Part shown: in pieces, positions 4,496 through 5,488 of the stretch
Position numbering within the stretch: position 1 is the first letter of the stretch
Layout of the letters: every line of letters starts with the position of its first letter
Source of the DNA: a virus
Taxonomy: Duplodnaviria > Heunggongvirae > Uroviricota > Caudoviricetes
Length of the DNA: 5,488 nucleotides
IMG/VR virus record: IMGVR_UViG_2778261674_000019
Span: 1-5,488 of that record
Strand: one strand, 5' to 3'
Notes under the pieces: model-generated
Databases searched by the model: none
What the model saw: the letters and a program-made list of their open reading frames with translations, nothing else
What the model was told of the DNA's origin: nothing
Position numbers and translations under genes: made by a program

Positions 4496-5488
4496 ATGTC
4501 GATTAAGCAACTCAAAGACGGACGTTATCAGGTTGATGTAAGGCCTCAGGGTGCGGAAGGAAAGCGGATTCGAAAAATCTTCACCCTGAAATCAAAGGCT
4601 CAGGAGTTTGAGAAGTATGTGTTACAGAACTTCCATGACAAGCCATGGCAGGCTAAGCCAGCTGATCAGCGGCGATTATCAGAGTTACTTGATGCGTGGT
4701 GGATGCTTGACGGGCGTAATCAGGCTTACGGGGATAGCTACAGGGTCAGGTTAGGGAAGGTTATTCGTGAAATGGGGGATCCTCGTGCCAGTCAGATGAC
4801 GCGAAAATTTATGCTCGAGTATCGGTCAGAGAAATTACAGGCCGGATTAATGCCGTCCAGTATTAATCGTGACTTATGCGTTCTGTCTACCATGTTCACG
4901 GTGCTGATTGAAGCTGAGGTCTTTCACAACGCGAACCCTGTACGCGGTATACGCAAGCTGAAAGTTCAGAACACAGAGATGGCCTTTCTTTCTGATGATG
5001 AGATTGAGCGGCTTCTTGAGCGGCTGGAGGGGGATGCGCGTCGTGTTGCCATTCTGTGTCTTTCTACTGGTGCCCGATGGAGTGAAGCATCAGAACTACG
5101 TGGAGAGCATATCGTTGGCAACCGGGTTACGTTCTTTAACACCAAAAACGGAAAATCCCGTTCGGTTCCTGTGGCGGATTCGGTTGTGCCTCTGATTAAA
5201 ACCCGTCGAACGGGGTTGTTGTATCAGGTTGATTATCTGAAGTTCCGGGAGATTCTTCAGGAGGTGAAACCGGATTTACCGAAGGGGCAGGCTACGCATG
5301 TCATGCGTCATACATTTGCCACACACTTTATGATGAATGGCGGAAATATTGTTACGTTGCAACGAATCCTGGGGCACGCAACGATTCAGCAAACAATGAC
5401 GTACGCTCATTTTTCGCCGGACTTCTTACAGGACGCGATCAACTTTAATCCGCTGGCTGAAAGTGTCCATAAACTGTCCATCGATTAG
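4496..5488 (+). CDS. int: Tyrosine recombinase, phage P2 Int family (330 aa)
   Basis: ATG at 4496 with SD GGAGGGG 6 nt upstream; the track's TTG at 4481 is less likely. Strong resemblance to P2 Int (MSIKQLKDGRYQVDVRP..., ILCLSTGARWSEA, HVMRHTFATHFMMNGGNIVTLQRILGH, TMTYAHF with the catalytic Tyr). Stop TAG is the last codon of the window. Confidence 0.95.
   Translation: MSIKQLKDGRYQVDVRPQGAEGKRIRKIFTLKSKAQEFEKYVLQNFHDKPWQAKPADQRRLSELLDAWWMLDGRNQAYGDSYRVRLGKVIREMGDPRASQMTRKFMLEYRSEKLQAGLMPSSINRDLCVLSTMFTVLIEAEVFHNANPVRGIRKLKVQNTEMAFLSDDEIERLLERLEGDARRVAILCLSTGARWSEASELRGEHIVGNRVTFFNTKNGKSRSVPVADSVVPLIKTRRTGLLYQVDYLKFREILQEVKPDLPKGQATHVMRHTFATHFMMNGGNIVTLQRILGHATIQQTMTYAHFSPDFLQDAINFNPLAESVHKLSID

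Larger units (their letters stand above)
1..5488. mobile_element. Segment of a P2-family temperate element (prophage or integrative island); boundaries lie outside the window
   Basis: P2-type integrase and C-like repressor on one strand, divergent excisionase-family gene, then a compact operon of small phage-like ORFs. No att site or element end is visible. Confidence 0.7.

Noticed and set aside
1-5488. CRISPR array, rRNA, tRNA or transposase/IS elements
   Set aside because: No regularly spaced repeat-spacer array, no rRNA/tRNA-like sequence and no transposase-like ORF with terminal inverted repeats was seen.

Overview
This window looks like the lysogeny-control end of a P2-family temperate element (prophage or satellite-like island) from an enteric-type genome. 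On the + strand at the right are a P2 C-like immunity repressor (4085..4426) and a P2-type tyrosine integrase (4496..5488, runs to the window edge). Diverging from them on the - strand is a tightly packed leftward operon of about ten small genes (3981 down to 926). It opens with an excisionase-family HTH protein in the cox position and includes two small membrane peptides (one absent from the ORF track), a winged-helix protein and an Ead/Ea22-like protein; no P2-type replication genes are recognisable. The operon ends near a - strand intrinsic terminator (782..803). The most interesting part is the non-coding stretch 601..840: it carries a ~76-nt structured domain and two copies of a pair of short target boxes, one copy overlapping the ribosome-binding site of a 76-aa basic protein gene (370..600). 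This matches the architecture of the phage P1 c4/immI antisense-RNA immunity switch. A further - strand gene starts at 297 and runs off the left edge; it is not in the ORF track. All functional calls rest on reading the sequence and on remembered family features; no database search was run.
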